This document shows positions 55,783 through 64,000 of a stretch of DNA of 64,000 nt, one piece after another. Origin of the DNA: Tissierellia bacterium (GTDB taxonomy: Bacteria; Bacillota; Clostridia; Tissierellales; Peptoniphilaceae); NCBI GenBank assembly GCA_030538075.1, contig JAUNUQ010000006.1:22971-86970 (forward strand), given 5' to 3'. Within the stretch, counting starts at the first letter, position 1. Each line of letters begins with the position of its first letter. The notes under the pieces were generated by a model. That model did not search any database. It was not told the DNA's origin and saw only the letters and a program-made list of their open reading frames with translations. Both the position numbers and the translations under genes were made by a program.

Positions 55783-57816
55783 TTATTTCAGCTTTGTCAT
55801 ATTCTTTAATCCCAGTCCTATGGTGGACGCATTGTGTAGAAGTGCCAAGGTCGTAGGTGTCAACTGACCTGTGATCCCCAAGCCCAAGAGCATCAGATTA
55901 AAACCCAAGATAAAATCATAGCTATGACGGATTCTCCTCGTCAATAGCTGACTCAGGATCCGCAGCTCCGCCAGACTGTTTAAATCCCTTGTGGAAACGG
56001 TAATATCTGCCACTTCCCTCGCTATGGCGGCTCCTGAGCTGACTGCAATCCCACAGTCCGCAGCAGACAAAGCGGGGGAATCGTTGATACCGTCACCGAT
56101 CATCAACACTCTGTTTCCCAGCTTTTGTTCCTCCATAATATATTTCGCCTTAAACTCCGGCAAAACCTCGGCATAGAATTCATCAATTCCAATTTGTTCT
56201 GCAATATGCGCTGCATTTTTTTTATTGTCCCCTGTCAACATCACAGTTTTTTTGATGCCCAATTCCTTTAGCCTTCGTAATGTATTGGCAGCCTCATCCT
56301 TTAATGGGTCCTCAATGCAGATTACAGCAGAGAGTCGATTTGAAATTGCTAAATATAGCAGGGAATACGCAGATGGAAGGGCGTAAAATTTCTCCTCTTC
56401 CCCTTCCGGAACTGCACATTGTTCATCTTGAAAAACGAAATGATAGCTGCCGATGATCACCTTATCACCCTCTATGGTACTGGCAATCCCGTGGGCTACG
56501 ACATATTCCACCTTCGAGTGTTTTTCCTCATGATGTAGATTTCTATTCTTCGCCTCTTTCACCACGGCATTTGCTACGGAATGTGGATAATGCTCTTCGA
56601 GACAGGCCGCCAACCTGAGCATTTCGTCTTCGTCCCTTCCATTAAAGGTGATGATTTTCTTTACCTTCGGTATGGACTGGGTCAATGTACCCGTCTTATC
56701 AAAGACAATGGTATCCGCCTCCGCTACGATCTCCAAAAACTTTCCACCCTTTACGACCATATCATAGGAGCTGCATTCTCTCATCGAGGATAATACCGCC
56801 AGGGGGATGGAGAGCTTCAGAGCACATGAAAAATCCACCATTAAGACCGAGAGGGCTTTCTCGAAGCTGCGAGTGAGTCCATAGACGAGCGCCGTGCCCA
56901 AAAATGTCATGGGCACCAACTTATCCGCTAAGCCCGCAGCTTTACTCTCGGTTTTTGATTTTAACCTCTCTGATTTTTCTATCATACCGACGATTCGATC
57001 GTATTGTCCTTGTCCAGGGGATTTGTCCACTTGGATCCTACATTCACCATCTTCAACCACTGTTCCTGCGTAGACATAACTGCCAGGAGCTTTTCGAATG
57101 GAATAGGGTTCACCTGTTATCGAAGCTTGGTTGATGCTGGCTTCACCAAAGACCACGACCCCGTCAAAGGGAACGGTGCTGCCCATCCTCACTACGACTT
57201 CGTCCCCTTCCTCCACACAAAATACACTGACGAGCTCTTCCGTTCCGTTTTTATTTATCCATACCTTATCGATTTTTAGTGCAATCGTCTGGGCGAGATC
57301 ATTGACGGATTTTTTATAAGTCCAGTTTTCCAACAGCTCTCCCACATTTAGCAAATAGATGATCGACGCCGAAGTCGCCATATCATTTCTCAAGATAGAA
57401 ATAGAAATCGCCGTAGCATCCAAGACATTCACATCTATTTTCCCTCGAAGCAGGGAAATAACGCCCTTCTTAATGAATTTAATGGATCGGAGGATCGTAA
57501 TCACCATGCCCACTATCGGTGGAAATAGATATTTAGCGCCCAATCTCATCACCGTCATCAGTATCAGCTTGTCTTCGCTATCCCGACTCAGCTCTCTACC
57601 TGTGTTCATAGGGAGTAGATTTACCGTGTTTTTGTCCCGGTAGGAGAAATGAACTAGATATTTTAGTACCTCCGTTCGAGTCGTAGTATAATGAATAATT
57701 GCATTGCCCGTCCTGTCAAAAACCCTTACATTTTTGATTCCCGCTTTATCCTTCAGATAATATTCCAAAAGATGATATGAACTCTCATTCGATTTTTTGA
57801 CTCGTGTAAAATACAA
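55783..57816 (-). CDS. P1B-type (heavy-metal) P-type ATPase with a non-canonical SCA transmembrane motif and a Cys-less HMA-like N-terminus
   Basis: 677 aa with a TTG start. It has TGEP (SITGEPYSI), DKTGTLT and GDGINDSPAL. The TM helix preceding DKTGT reads DFSCALKLSIP where CPC is expected. The N-terminal ferredoxin-like domain has KKSNESSY in place of GMTCxxC. Confidence 0.8.
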   Translation of the reverse strand: MYFTRVKKSNESSYHLLEYYLKDKAGIKNVRVFDRTGNAIIHYTTTRTEVLKYLVHFSYRDKNTVNLLPMNTGRELSRDSEDKLILMTVMRLGAKYLFPPIVGMVITILRSIKFIKKGVISLLRGKIDVNVLDATAISISILRNDMATSASIIYLLNVGELLENWTYKKSVNDLAQTIALKIDKVWINKNGTEELVSVFCVEEGDEVVVRMGSTVPFDGVVVFGEASINQASITGEPYSIRKAPGSYVYAGTVVEDGECRIQVDKSPGQGQYDRIVGMIEKSERLKSKTESKAAGLADKLVPMTFLGTALVYGLTRSFEKALSVLMVDFSCALKLSIPLAVLSSMRECSSYDMVVKGGKFLEIVAEADTIVFDKTGTLTQSIPKVKKIITFNGRDEDEMLRLAACLEEHYPHSVANAVVKEAKNRNLHHEEKHSKVEYVVAHGIASTIEGDKVIIGSYHFVFQDEQCAVPEGEEEKFYALPSAYSLLYLAISNRLSAVICIEDPLKDEAANTLRRLKELGIKKTVMLTGDNKKNAAHIAEQIGIDEFYAEVLPEFKAKYIMEEQKLGNRVLMIGDGINDSPALSAADCGIAVSSGAAIAREVADITVSTRDLNSLAELRILSQLLTRRIRHSYDFILGFNLMLLGLGITGQLTPTTLALLHNASTIGLGLKNMTKLK

Positions 57817-57847
57817 AACCGCATTCTGTCCTCCGTCTTAATGTAAG

Positions 57848-57867
57848 AAGCCGCCTTTAGGCGGCTT
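57848..57867 (-). other. GC-rich stem-loop between the DUF6110 and ATPase genes
   Basis: AAGCCGCC-TTTA-GGCGGCTT, a perfect 8-bp stem with no adjacent U-tract on either strand. It could be a processing or stability element, or a weak attenuator. Confidence 0.35.
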
Positions 57868-57917
57868 ACAGATTCCTCTTATACTGTATTCTCGATTGCC
57901 CGAAGTGGATATCCCTA

Positions 57918-58208
57918 TTATTCGTCTCCCAGATCACAGCCACATGATTGTATTTCTATATCCTCAAACAATTCCGCTTCTTCACTTTCCGCTCTACTCT
58001 CGTTAATATCCTTGGCTTCAGCCATTACATCATCGATGTTCTCCCGTATTTCTGTAACCGCTGTCAGTAGAGATTCCTTAGCTCGTAGAGCCGCCGCAGC
58101 CGTATGTGCATATCTGTTCTTTGCATCCTTGCTTCCGAGTATTTTAAAACCAGCTGATCCCATCAAGATACCGCCAATAAAGATACCCATCCTCTTCATA
58201 CTTATCAT
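57918..58208 (-). CDS. small membrane-anchored protein (DUF6110-like) with C-terminal CGC motif
   Basis: ORF 57918..58223 trimmed to the ATG at 58208 (GGGAGGT plus 6 nt). It has an N-terminal hydrophobic segment GIFIGGILMGSAGFKILGS, a helical acidic region, and ends SCGCDLGDE. The family name is from memory. Confidence 0.5.
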   Translation of the reverse strand: MISMKRMGIFIGGILMGSAGFKILGSKDAKNRYAHTAAAALRAKESLLTAVTEIRENIDDVMAEAKDINESRAESEEAELFEDIEIQSCGCDLGDE

Positions 58209-58253
58209 ATTGAAACCTCCCATTCATTAATTTCTCCTCTTAATGATATCGTT

Positions 58254-59270
58254 TTATTCCATCATTTTCTGCTCCAAAAGGACACTATCTGCCCTGTGGT
58301 TTTTCCGATATTTCATGGGTGTACTTCCCAGCACATCCGAGAAGGCCTTTGCAAATTTACTGCCATTGTCATAGCCTAAGCTCCCAGCGATCTCTAGAAC
58401 AGACAGGCTGCTCTGTCTGAGTAGAGAAGCGGCCATATGCATTTTCTGCGATCGAGTATGGGAATAGATCGTATCTCCATATACTTTTTTAAAACAAGAT
58501 TTTATGTATGTCTCAGAAGTGTCAAATTCTGTTGCAAGCTCTTTAATTGTGACCCTCCGGCTCAGATTATTATTTAGGTAATGACAAAGTCTTCTGGCCA
58601 ATAAAATCTGGGATTTGGGAATGTCCCCCTTAACCAACTGATCTTCCTCAATATTTAGACTATTAAGATACAAGAAGAGTTCAAGGACCTTAATCTTGTA
58701 ATAGCCTTTCAAAATCTCTTTTGGTGCATCAAATAAATCCTGGAATACTCTCTTGATATTCGAGCCGACATTCGTAACAAAACAGCTTCTATCCCCACAG
58801 AACTTCATCGCCAAATTCGTTGGCCGAACATTCACATCCTCCATAAAGCAAGACAAACAACAGGGCACTTTGCCCAGATCTATGACAATCGAAACTCCAT
58901 TGTATTCACTTAACGGAAAATAGGATAGCTTTTCCATCCCTCTTCTCAAACTGATGCTCAGATCTCCCGGCTTTAGATAAAAGAAGCTGTCCACCGTCTC
59001 ACATTCAAATCTACCTTCTTTACAAAAATTGATTTCCAGGATTTCACTACTGCATTTACAGTCAAAACTGCACTCCCTATTTTCTACATTATTAAACAAT
59101 AGGTGGATCCCTTCAAAGACTTGATAACCGGTGAAGCTCGACTTTCCATTTACACCACTAAGTCCAAAATTCGCAGTTTCACCATCTCTTACGATCAGAT
59201 TTCCCTGACAACCATTGATACAATATTTTGGGGACCGTTCTTCCAATATCATCACCACCCAACACAGCAT
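58254..59270 (-). CDS. AraC-family transcriptional regulator
   Basis: 338 aa with a C-terminal double HTH (VTIKELATEFDTSETYIKSCFKKVYG..LSVLEIAGSLGYDNGSKFAKAFSDVLGSTPMKYR) and an N-terminal Cys-rich sensor-like domain. The start may be the ATG at 59252. Confidence 0.8.
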   Translation of the reverse strand: MLCWVVMILEERSPKYCINGCQGNLIVRDGETANFGLSGVNGKSSFTGYQVFEGIHLLFNNVENRECSFDCKCSSEILEINFCKEGRFECETVDSFFYLKPGDLSISLRRGMEKLSYFPLSEYNGVSIVIDLGKVPCCLSCFMEDVNVRPTNLAMKFCGDRSCFVTNVGSNIKRVFQDLFDAPKEILKGYYKIKVLELFLYLNSLNIEEDQLVKGDIPKSQILLARRLCHYLNNNLSRRVTIKELATEFDTSETYIKSCFKKVYGDTIYSHTRSQKMHMAASLLRQSSLSVLEIAGSLGYDNGSKFAKAFSDVLGSTPMKYRKNHRADSVLLEQKMME

Positions 59271-59317
59271 AGTTATGCATGACTAACTAAAGGATAGCGT
59301 ATATTCTAAAATGTGTC

Positions 59318-59336
59318 AATGATAATTGTTATCATT
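59318..59336. promoter_or_regulatory. Fur-box candidate (perfect 8-3-8 palindrome) upstream of the AraC gene
   Basis: AATGATAA-TTG-TTATCATT. The core TGATAAT-T-GTTATCA (59320..59334) matches 13 of 14 specified positions of TGATAAT-N-ATTATCA. It lies about 50-65 nt upstream of the AraC start. Confidence 0.55.
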
Positions 59337-59384
59337 ACTCTTTTGCTGTCGTTCCGTTTTGGAGTATCCTCACCCCTTCTCGTA

Positions 59385-59415
59385 ATTGAAAAGACCTCCC
59401 TATCGCCGGAGGTCT
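59385..59415 (-). terminator. intrinsic terminator after CWB2 gene 2
   Basis: Minus strand AGACCTCC-GGCGATAG-GGAGGTCT followed by TTTCAATT. Confidence 0.55.
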
Positions 59416-59454
59416 CTGTTCACGTGTTGTGGTTTGATCTTCAATTCCATTTTA

Positions 59455-60792
59455 TTATCTCAGTCCCTTCAACTCCTCCTCTACTGCTTTCGACACCGAA
59501 TTCTCCCCTCCGATGATCGTCACGCTTTCGATATCATTCTCCTTGATAAATTCGGCGATGCTCGGCGAGAGTTGATCTGGTGCAGTCAATAGGATCGCTC
59601 CATAGTTATTCGTTGCAAGGGGTCCTGCAGCCAATGCATCCGGATAATTCGTCCCATCCACCAGAATAACCCTACGAAGGTCCAGGCCTTTCCTTTCTTT
59701 GAGCAATACACGGAAAGCCTTGGCGACTTCCAGCGCAGTTTCGAATCGGTTCTCCCCTGCAATCCTCTTCATCTCCCCTTCGCTGGGAACGGAACTCTCT
59801 CCGCCGATCACGATATCTTGCAGAGTATTGTAACCACTATAGGGAATAAATCTACCATAGCGCTCGATTGTCTGAAGCAGATAGGCATAGGGCGCAGCGG
59901 ACAAGGCATCCGCAAAATCAAATCCGTTCACGAGGACGGAAGGGATATCCCCAAGGATCTTTACGCCCTTTAGAGATCCCGTCGTACTACTGATAAGCGC
60001 AGCCGTCTCTATGCGATCCTTTCCGGCGATCCGGTTGACTCCGTAGCCCAGACTCCTCAGTTCCGATTCCACTTCGGCGGAAATAGAGTTCTCTCCACCC
60101 AATAGATATACAAAACGGACCCCAATGTCCTTTAATGCTTCAACCATCCCAGTAGGCAGCTTGTCTTTATGGGTCAGTAGCATCGGTGCGCTGACTTGAG
60201 ATGCCAAAGGACCTCCAAAGAGGGCATCGGCAAAGTTTTCACCACTGGCGATAACTGCAATTTCCGATCGGTAAACCCCTTTACTCACTTCGAAGGCTGT
60301 TTGATATCGATCCTCCCCGAAGATACGCTGCACTTGGTATCTGTCTCTTTGTGCAAGATAAGTATCTGCATCTAGTACAGTCAGCTTCATGAGCGGCTCC
60401 TCAATCGGCTCACCATTATAGAGCACCATCTGCCATTCCCCAGTCTGGTCTGGCGTTACGGTGAAGGAGTAAACCCCAGAAAACACATCACTTTCTACCG
60501 CAGTGAATGCAACCCGGGTTTTGTCATCTCTCTCATATGTTAATACTGCATCCTTTGTAATCACCGTGGTCCCTGAGTTTATCTTAAAGGGTACCCCCAG
60601 TTTTACCTCGCCAAATTGTCCAAGGAAACGCGGATGGTCAACCCAGACCGTTGACTCCGATCCCTCTTCACTGAACGCATCCACCTTTTCATTGGGCGTC
60701 ATTGCCGCTCTATCTGCCGCGCTCGCCAATATCGGTGTGCTCATTAGCAAAATCGCCAGCACCAATAACCAGCTAAGTACTCTTTTTTTCAT
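59455..60792 (-). CDS. secreted CWB2 surface protein, copy 2 (paralogue of 52551..53900)
   Basis: 445 aa with a signal peptide (LLVLAILLMSTPILASA) and the same architecture and collinear blocks as copy 1 (VITKDAVLTYERDDK, VTPDQTGEWQMVLYNG, IFGEDRYQTA, IAGKDRIETA, IAGENRFETA, VTIIGGENSVS). Confidence 0.8.
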   Translation of the reverse strand: MKKRVLSWLLVLAILLMSTPILASAADRAAMTPNEKVDAFSEEGSESTVWVDHPRFLGQFGEVKLGVPFKINSGTTVITKDAVLTYERDDKTRVAFTAVESDVFSGVYSFTVTPDQTGEWQMVLYNGEPIEEPLMKLTVLDADTYLAQRDRYQVQRIFGEDRYQTAFEVSKGVYRSEIAVIASGENFADALFGGPLASQVSAPMLLTHKDKLPTGMVEALKDIGVRFVYLLGGENSISAEVESELRSLGYGVNRIAGKDRIETAALISSTTGSLKGVKILGDIPSVLVNGFDFADALSAAPYAYLLQTIERYGRFIPYSGYNTLQDIVIGGESSVPSEGEMKRIAGENRFETALEVAKAFRVLLKERKGLDLRRVILVDGTNYPDALAAGPLATNNYGAILLTAPDQLSPSIAEFIKENDIESVTIIGGENSVSKAVEEELKGLR

Positions 60793-60963
60793 CCTTTCCC
60801 TCCAAAAATTATTCCAAAGGCTAATCCAGCCGATTGGTAAAATATAATCATCACAGACGATCCATCAAGGGATATCACGCAGAGGCATATGCAGAGAAGA
60901 TAGATCCATCCCCTCTTATAGAGTACTATATCAAATATGTTTGATAAGGTCTTTACAAAGCAG

Positions 60964-60992
60964 TTGCAATATCCTTTCAGACTAGTTACAAT
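60964..60992 (+). promoter_or_regulatory. sigma-A type promoter of the plus-strand small gene
   Basis: TTGCAA (60964..60969), a 17-nt spacer, then TACAAT (60987..60992). Confidence 0.5.
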
Positions 60993-61078
60993 TTTTCCAT
61001 TCATAAACAATTCATCAAGATGCAGGTTTCCCCAAATTTTATTATAGAATTGAGAAAATCATGATAGGAGGACCTCAG

Positions 61079-61375
61079 ATGAGCGAAAACGCAAAAGATC
61101 GTATGCTCAGCGCACAAGAAATCTATGAAGAAGTGAAAAAGGACAATGCAGAATTAAATGCTATGCTAAATGCATTTCCGGAGAAATTTGCTCGTATGAA
61201 GCAGCTCTTGTCCTACTACGAATCGGACTGGATGGAAGATATGGAGACTTTAGATAGACAGGGCGTCAATATCGAAGTAATGGGACAAGACCCCATTTAC
61301 GAAGAAATCCAAGAACAATACCAAACCATTAAGAAAATCCTATTAACATGTGCTGAATACATTAACAGATCATAA
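61079..61375 (+). CDS. DUF4298-like small helical protein
   Basis: ORF 61061..61375 trimmed to the ATG at 61079 after TAGGAGGA. The YYESDWMEDME..GQDPIYEEI pattern resembles DUF4298 as I recall it. It is the only plus-strand protein gene in the window. Confidence 0.5.
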   Translation: MSENAKDRMLSAQEIYEEVKKDNAELNAMLNAFPEKFARMKQLLSYYESDWMEDMETLDRQGVNIEVMGQDPIYEEIQEQYQTIKKILLTCAEYINRS

Positions 61376-61420
61376 AACGTGAGTTTACTCAGATCTATTA
61401 ATGCGATTTCTAACTATTGG

Positions 61421-61452
61421 GCGTGAGTTTCTACCACGATAGAAACTCATGC
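61421..61452. terminator. hairpin between convergent genes (terminator-like, no U-tract)
   Basis: GCGTGAGTTTCTA-CCACGA-TAGAAACTCATGC, a 13-bp stem including one G-U pair. It lies between the plus-strand stop at 61375 and the minus-strand stop at 61577. Confidence 0.4.
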
Positions 61453-61576
61453 CTAGTCAGCTTATTGAAAAGACCTAAGTTTAGGCAGCATAACGGTTCA
61501 ATAATCAGCTAAAGAAGTCGATTAAACAACTCCTGATCGGATATTATGAAACTCGATTAACCATATCGATAAAGTC

Positions 61577-63696
61577 TTATTGGACGAAATGATTGCCTCT
61601 AAGCCAATTATAAACGGCTTCATTTGCGTTCTCATTTACATAATAAAACCGTTTAGGTTCCATTATCGAACGATCTGAACTTTTGATAATTTTTCCGGTT
61701 TTATCAATTAAAAACACCTCACTATCAGCTCCGTTGAATTTTGTACCTAAATATAGTCCACTTCCTACTCCATCAAATGCGTCATATACTCCTAACTCTT
61801 GAACACGGTTTCCTTCTTTGTCAATCAAATAATACTCTTTACGATCTTCACTCACCGGCGCAACGCCATGATTAAAAGCATCGGCATAGGCAAGCGATTT
61901 TGGGAGAATATCCTTTCCACTCGTGTCGTAAAACTTAATCTCACCATTCGCATAAACCATGATGATGTTTTCGCTCCAATAAACACGTCCCAATGATCCG
62001 TTGATTTGAAGAGAAGAAGCTATAGTGGTTAAAGTTTTTCCTTCATTGTCCAAAATGGCACATCCAGAAGTAGACATATCATCATCAGTCTCGTTAAAAA
62101 CACCACCAAATCTGTCTTTTTCTAGGGGGTAAAGATTAATATAACGATCACTAACAGAAAACAATTCATTTCCATTGACGTCAATTACCCGTTTGACATC
62201 ACTTTGTATTTCTCCTCCAAGAAAGTAATCTTTCCCAATTCGACGACTCCGGTCAGCATCTCCAATATAGGTGAGTGTATTTTCATCTTTGTTATAGATA
62301 TTAGCAGTCCCATTGTGCTTTACAAAAGCAACTCCATTCCAGAACTCCCCTGCATTGTCAAAAGTTAATGGGATAGCAACTCGTCCCGTACTATCAATAT
62401 AGCCTTCCTTACCTTGCTTATCGCGTACAGGGGCTAGTCCTTCAGAGAAAAAACCAACATGCTGGTAATCGTTTTCAAGTTTTGCTAATTTATTACCACT
62501 AATATCCAGAATACTCCATTTTCCTTGATCATCTTGGGCAGCAACCTTCCCTTCAGAGGGCCAACTCACAAAACGATACTTGGGTTCAATCAAAATATTT
62601 CCTTTACTATCCATCAACCCTACCCTAGATCCTTTGTCATACCTAGAATAAAAAGTAGAAGCAATGATAGGAGCATCATTTTCTTGGTCAGAGGATTCCC
62701 CTTTGTTTTCCATAAGTTCCTTCAGAGATTGCTCCACCTGTGCTGATATTGAATTAACGCCTCCTAGAATATAGATTTTTTGAAGGTTTTCGCGGTTTTC
62801 TTTGATGTACTTTTCTACAGAATTTGGAATACTGTTTTTTTGTATGAGAAGAATTGGTGCCGATTCTTTACCTGCCAAGGCAGATCCAGCCAATGCGTCA
62901 GGATAACCTTCACCTGCAGCTAAAATAATTGTTGAAGGATTGTGAAAGTTTTCAGCAATTTTCATGCTTGTATCATAACGAGTATCACCGAAATAACGCT
63001 TTAAATTTTTGTCAAATTCTCTGTAGAGATTTGACGTTTCTTGATCAAAGGCAAGCTCTCCTCCAAAGAGGGTGAGTTGAGGTGCTTCAATGCTCTCTAA
63101 ATAGTCTTTTGTCAAAGTCGGTATACCAGCATTATTTCCTAAGAGAATGACTCCTTTGTTTTCTAATGCTAGGGCCGAACCTGAAAGGGCATCTGGAAAA
63201 TTTAACCACTTGCAACATAGATTTGATTTGTCCTGATCTCCTTTGCGATTAATGCAGCTGTTTCATAACGGTTTTGACCAGAAATACGTTTGTAGAGAAT
63301 GCCTTCGTTTTGAAGTTCTGTTGTAACCTCAGAAGAAATGGTCAGTTCTCCTCCCAAAATAGTGACTTTAGGTTTAGAAAGATTTCTAAGTTTTGTAAGC
63401 GCTTGCGAATCTAGTGAATTTTTGCTCGTGAGTAGAATAGGAATTCTCCCTTTTGAAAGAGGAGCGCCTGCTAAGGCGTCGGGGTAATTCTCTCCGCTCA
63501 CCAACAAAAATTCCGTACTATCAGGGTTAACTTCTTCAGCTATTTTCAGTGCAGTTTCATATCGGTTCCCTCCAGAAATTCTCTGAATGCTTATTTCTTC
63601 AGCACTGACAGTAGATGAAAAGAGAGTGATGAACATACAGGATGTCAATAATAGCAATACTCTCTTTTTAAAGCTTATTGATGCTTTCGTTCTCAT
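61577..63696 (-). pseudogene. CWB2 + WG-repeat surface protein gene interrupted by a 1-nt frameshift near 63200
   Basis: Track ORFs 63202..63891 and 61577..63115 are two pieces of one gene. The first has a signal peptide from the ATG at 63696 and CWB2 repeats ISGGNRYETA and ISGQNRYETA. The second has a third CWB2 repeat FGDTRYDTS and then repeated WG/KWG-like units such as GKWSILDISGNKL, GKEGYIDSTGRVAIPL, YYLIDKEGNRV and FLIDKTGKII. After ..IYVASG-TAA, the -1 frame continues LNFPDALSGSALALENKGVILLGNNAGIPTLTKDYLESIEAPQLTLFGGE. Confidence 0.75.
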
Positions 63697-63799
63697 GAAC
63701 ATTCTCCTTTCTACATTATCAATTAATACTATGTGTTTTTTTCGTTCATCTAGATTATGTTGTAGATGAAATAATATTAATACAACAATATGTTTTTTT

Positions 63800-63825
63800 A
63801 TTACTATATCATATGATATAGTAAT
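63800..63825. repeat. perfect 26-bp AT-rich palindrome upstream of the CWB2-WG gene
   Basis: ATTACTATATCAT|ATGATATAGTAAT, verified base by base. It lies about 105-130 nt upstream of the start at 63696. Confidence 0.7.
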
Positions 63826-63826
63826 C

Positions 63827-63850
63827 GTCAATTGTAGGGTTGCAATTGAC
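63827..63850. repeat. second inverted repeat adjacent to the palindrome
   Basis: GTCAATTG-TAGGGTTG-CAATTGAC, with 8-bp arms. Confidence 0.6.
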
Positions 63851-64000
63851 ATGATACCGATAGACATAAATGCGAGTATTATCCAATACAACTGAATAAT
63901 CCCAACATCTTGTAAATTTCATCCAGTATTCTAACTGCACAGGTATAACTTCGATTAAATGGTTTCTACTTGTCGTCCTGAAAGAATTGGTTAAAAAAAT

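Noticed and set aside
57753-57824. A 23-codon out-of-frame ORF (MRFCILHESKNRMRVHIIFWNII) starting at an ATG with a well-spaced GGAGGA and overlapping the TTG start of the P-type ATPase. It could be a leader peptide or a sign of an N-terminal frameshift.
   Set aside because: The ATPase frame from the TTG already encodes a complete HMA-like beta-alpha-beta-beta-alpha-beta N-terminus. The small ORF has no recognisable features. I could not support it beyond coincidence, though translational coupling is not excluded.
1-64000. I scanned for CRISPR arrays, IS elements or transposases, phage genes, toxin-antitoxin pairs, restriction-modification systems and other known defence systems.
   Set aside because: I saw no regularly spaced direct repeats, no transposase/integrase-like ORFs and no defence-type domains in any frame. 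The window is essentially core chromosome plus a surface-protein/iron locus.

Overview
This is a chromosomal, housekeeping-rich 64-kb segment of a Firmicutes (Clostridia-like) genome. The taxon call rests on the Rnf complex, a T-box leader, CCA-encoding tRNAs and CWB2 cell-wall-binding-repeat surface proteins. There are about 60 genes. All lie on the minus strand except one small protein gene (61079..61375) and one tRNA (40906..40992). Many genes are joined by ATGA/GTGA/TTGA start-stop overlaps. Gene order along the minus strand, from high to low coordinate: a frameshifted CWB2+WG-repeat surface protein; a CWB2 protein; AraC regulator, DUF6110, an unusual P1B ATPase, DUF2325, DUF3793 and flavodoxin; a second CWB2 protein; a T-box leader and trpS (with an in-frame TAA); potD2, an XRE-cupin regulator and potABCD; an FAD oxidoreductase and a beta-CASP hydrolase; murT; [tRNA-Leu CAA on plus]; polA, coaE and a lytic transglycosylase; tRNA-Leu(GAG) and rnfCDGEAB; a NusG-II protein and a Gx transporter; radC, mreBCD, a giant PBP2 and a degenerate MinD-like protein; a radical SAM protein, its TIGR03936-type partner and RNase E/G; a TAXI-TRAP transporter; uvrBA; AsnB-like, DJ-1 and AsnB-like; gltX, cysS, rlmB and yacP; a threonine-dehydrogenase-like SDR; an Rrf2 regulator and nifS (cut by the window edge). 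I saw no CRISPR array, transposase, integrase, phage gene or recognisable defence gene. The best candidates for uncharacterised biology are: (1) a three-gene module of two paralogous Cys-less asparagine-synthetase-like proteins (one with an intact PP-loop, one degenerate) bracketing a DJ-1/PfpI gene and translationally coupled to gltX; (2) a putative Fur-box-controlled, lower-GC island with an SCA-motif P1B ATPase, DUF6110, AraC, DUF2325, DUF3793 and flavodoxin, bracketed by paralogous CWB2 genes; (3) a Walker-A-less MinD homologue that replaces minCDE after the mre-PBP2 genes; (4) an orphan murT without gatD; (5) a tRNA gene apparently serving as the leader of the rnf operon. All functional calls come from reading motifs by eye. 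No database search was run.
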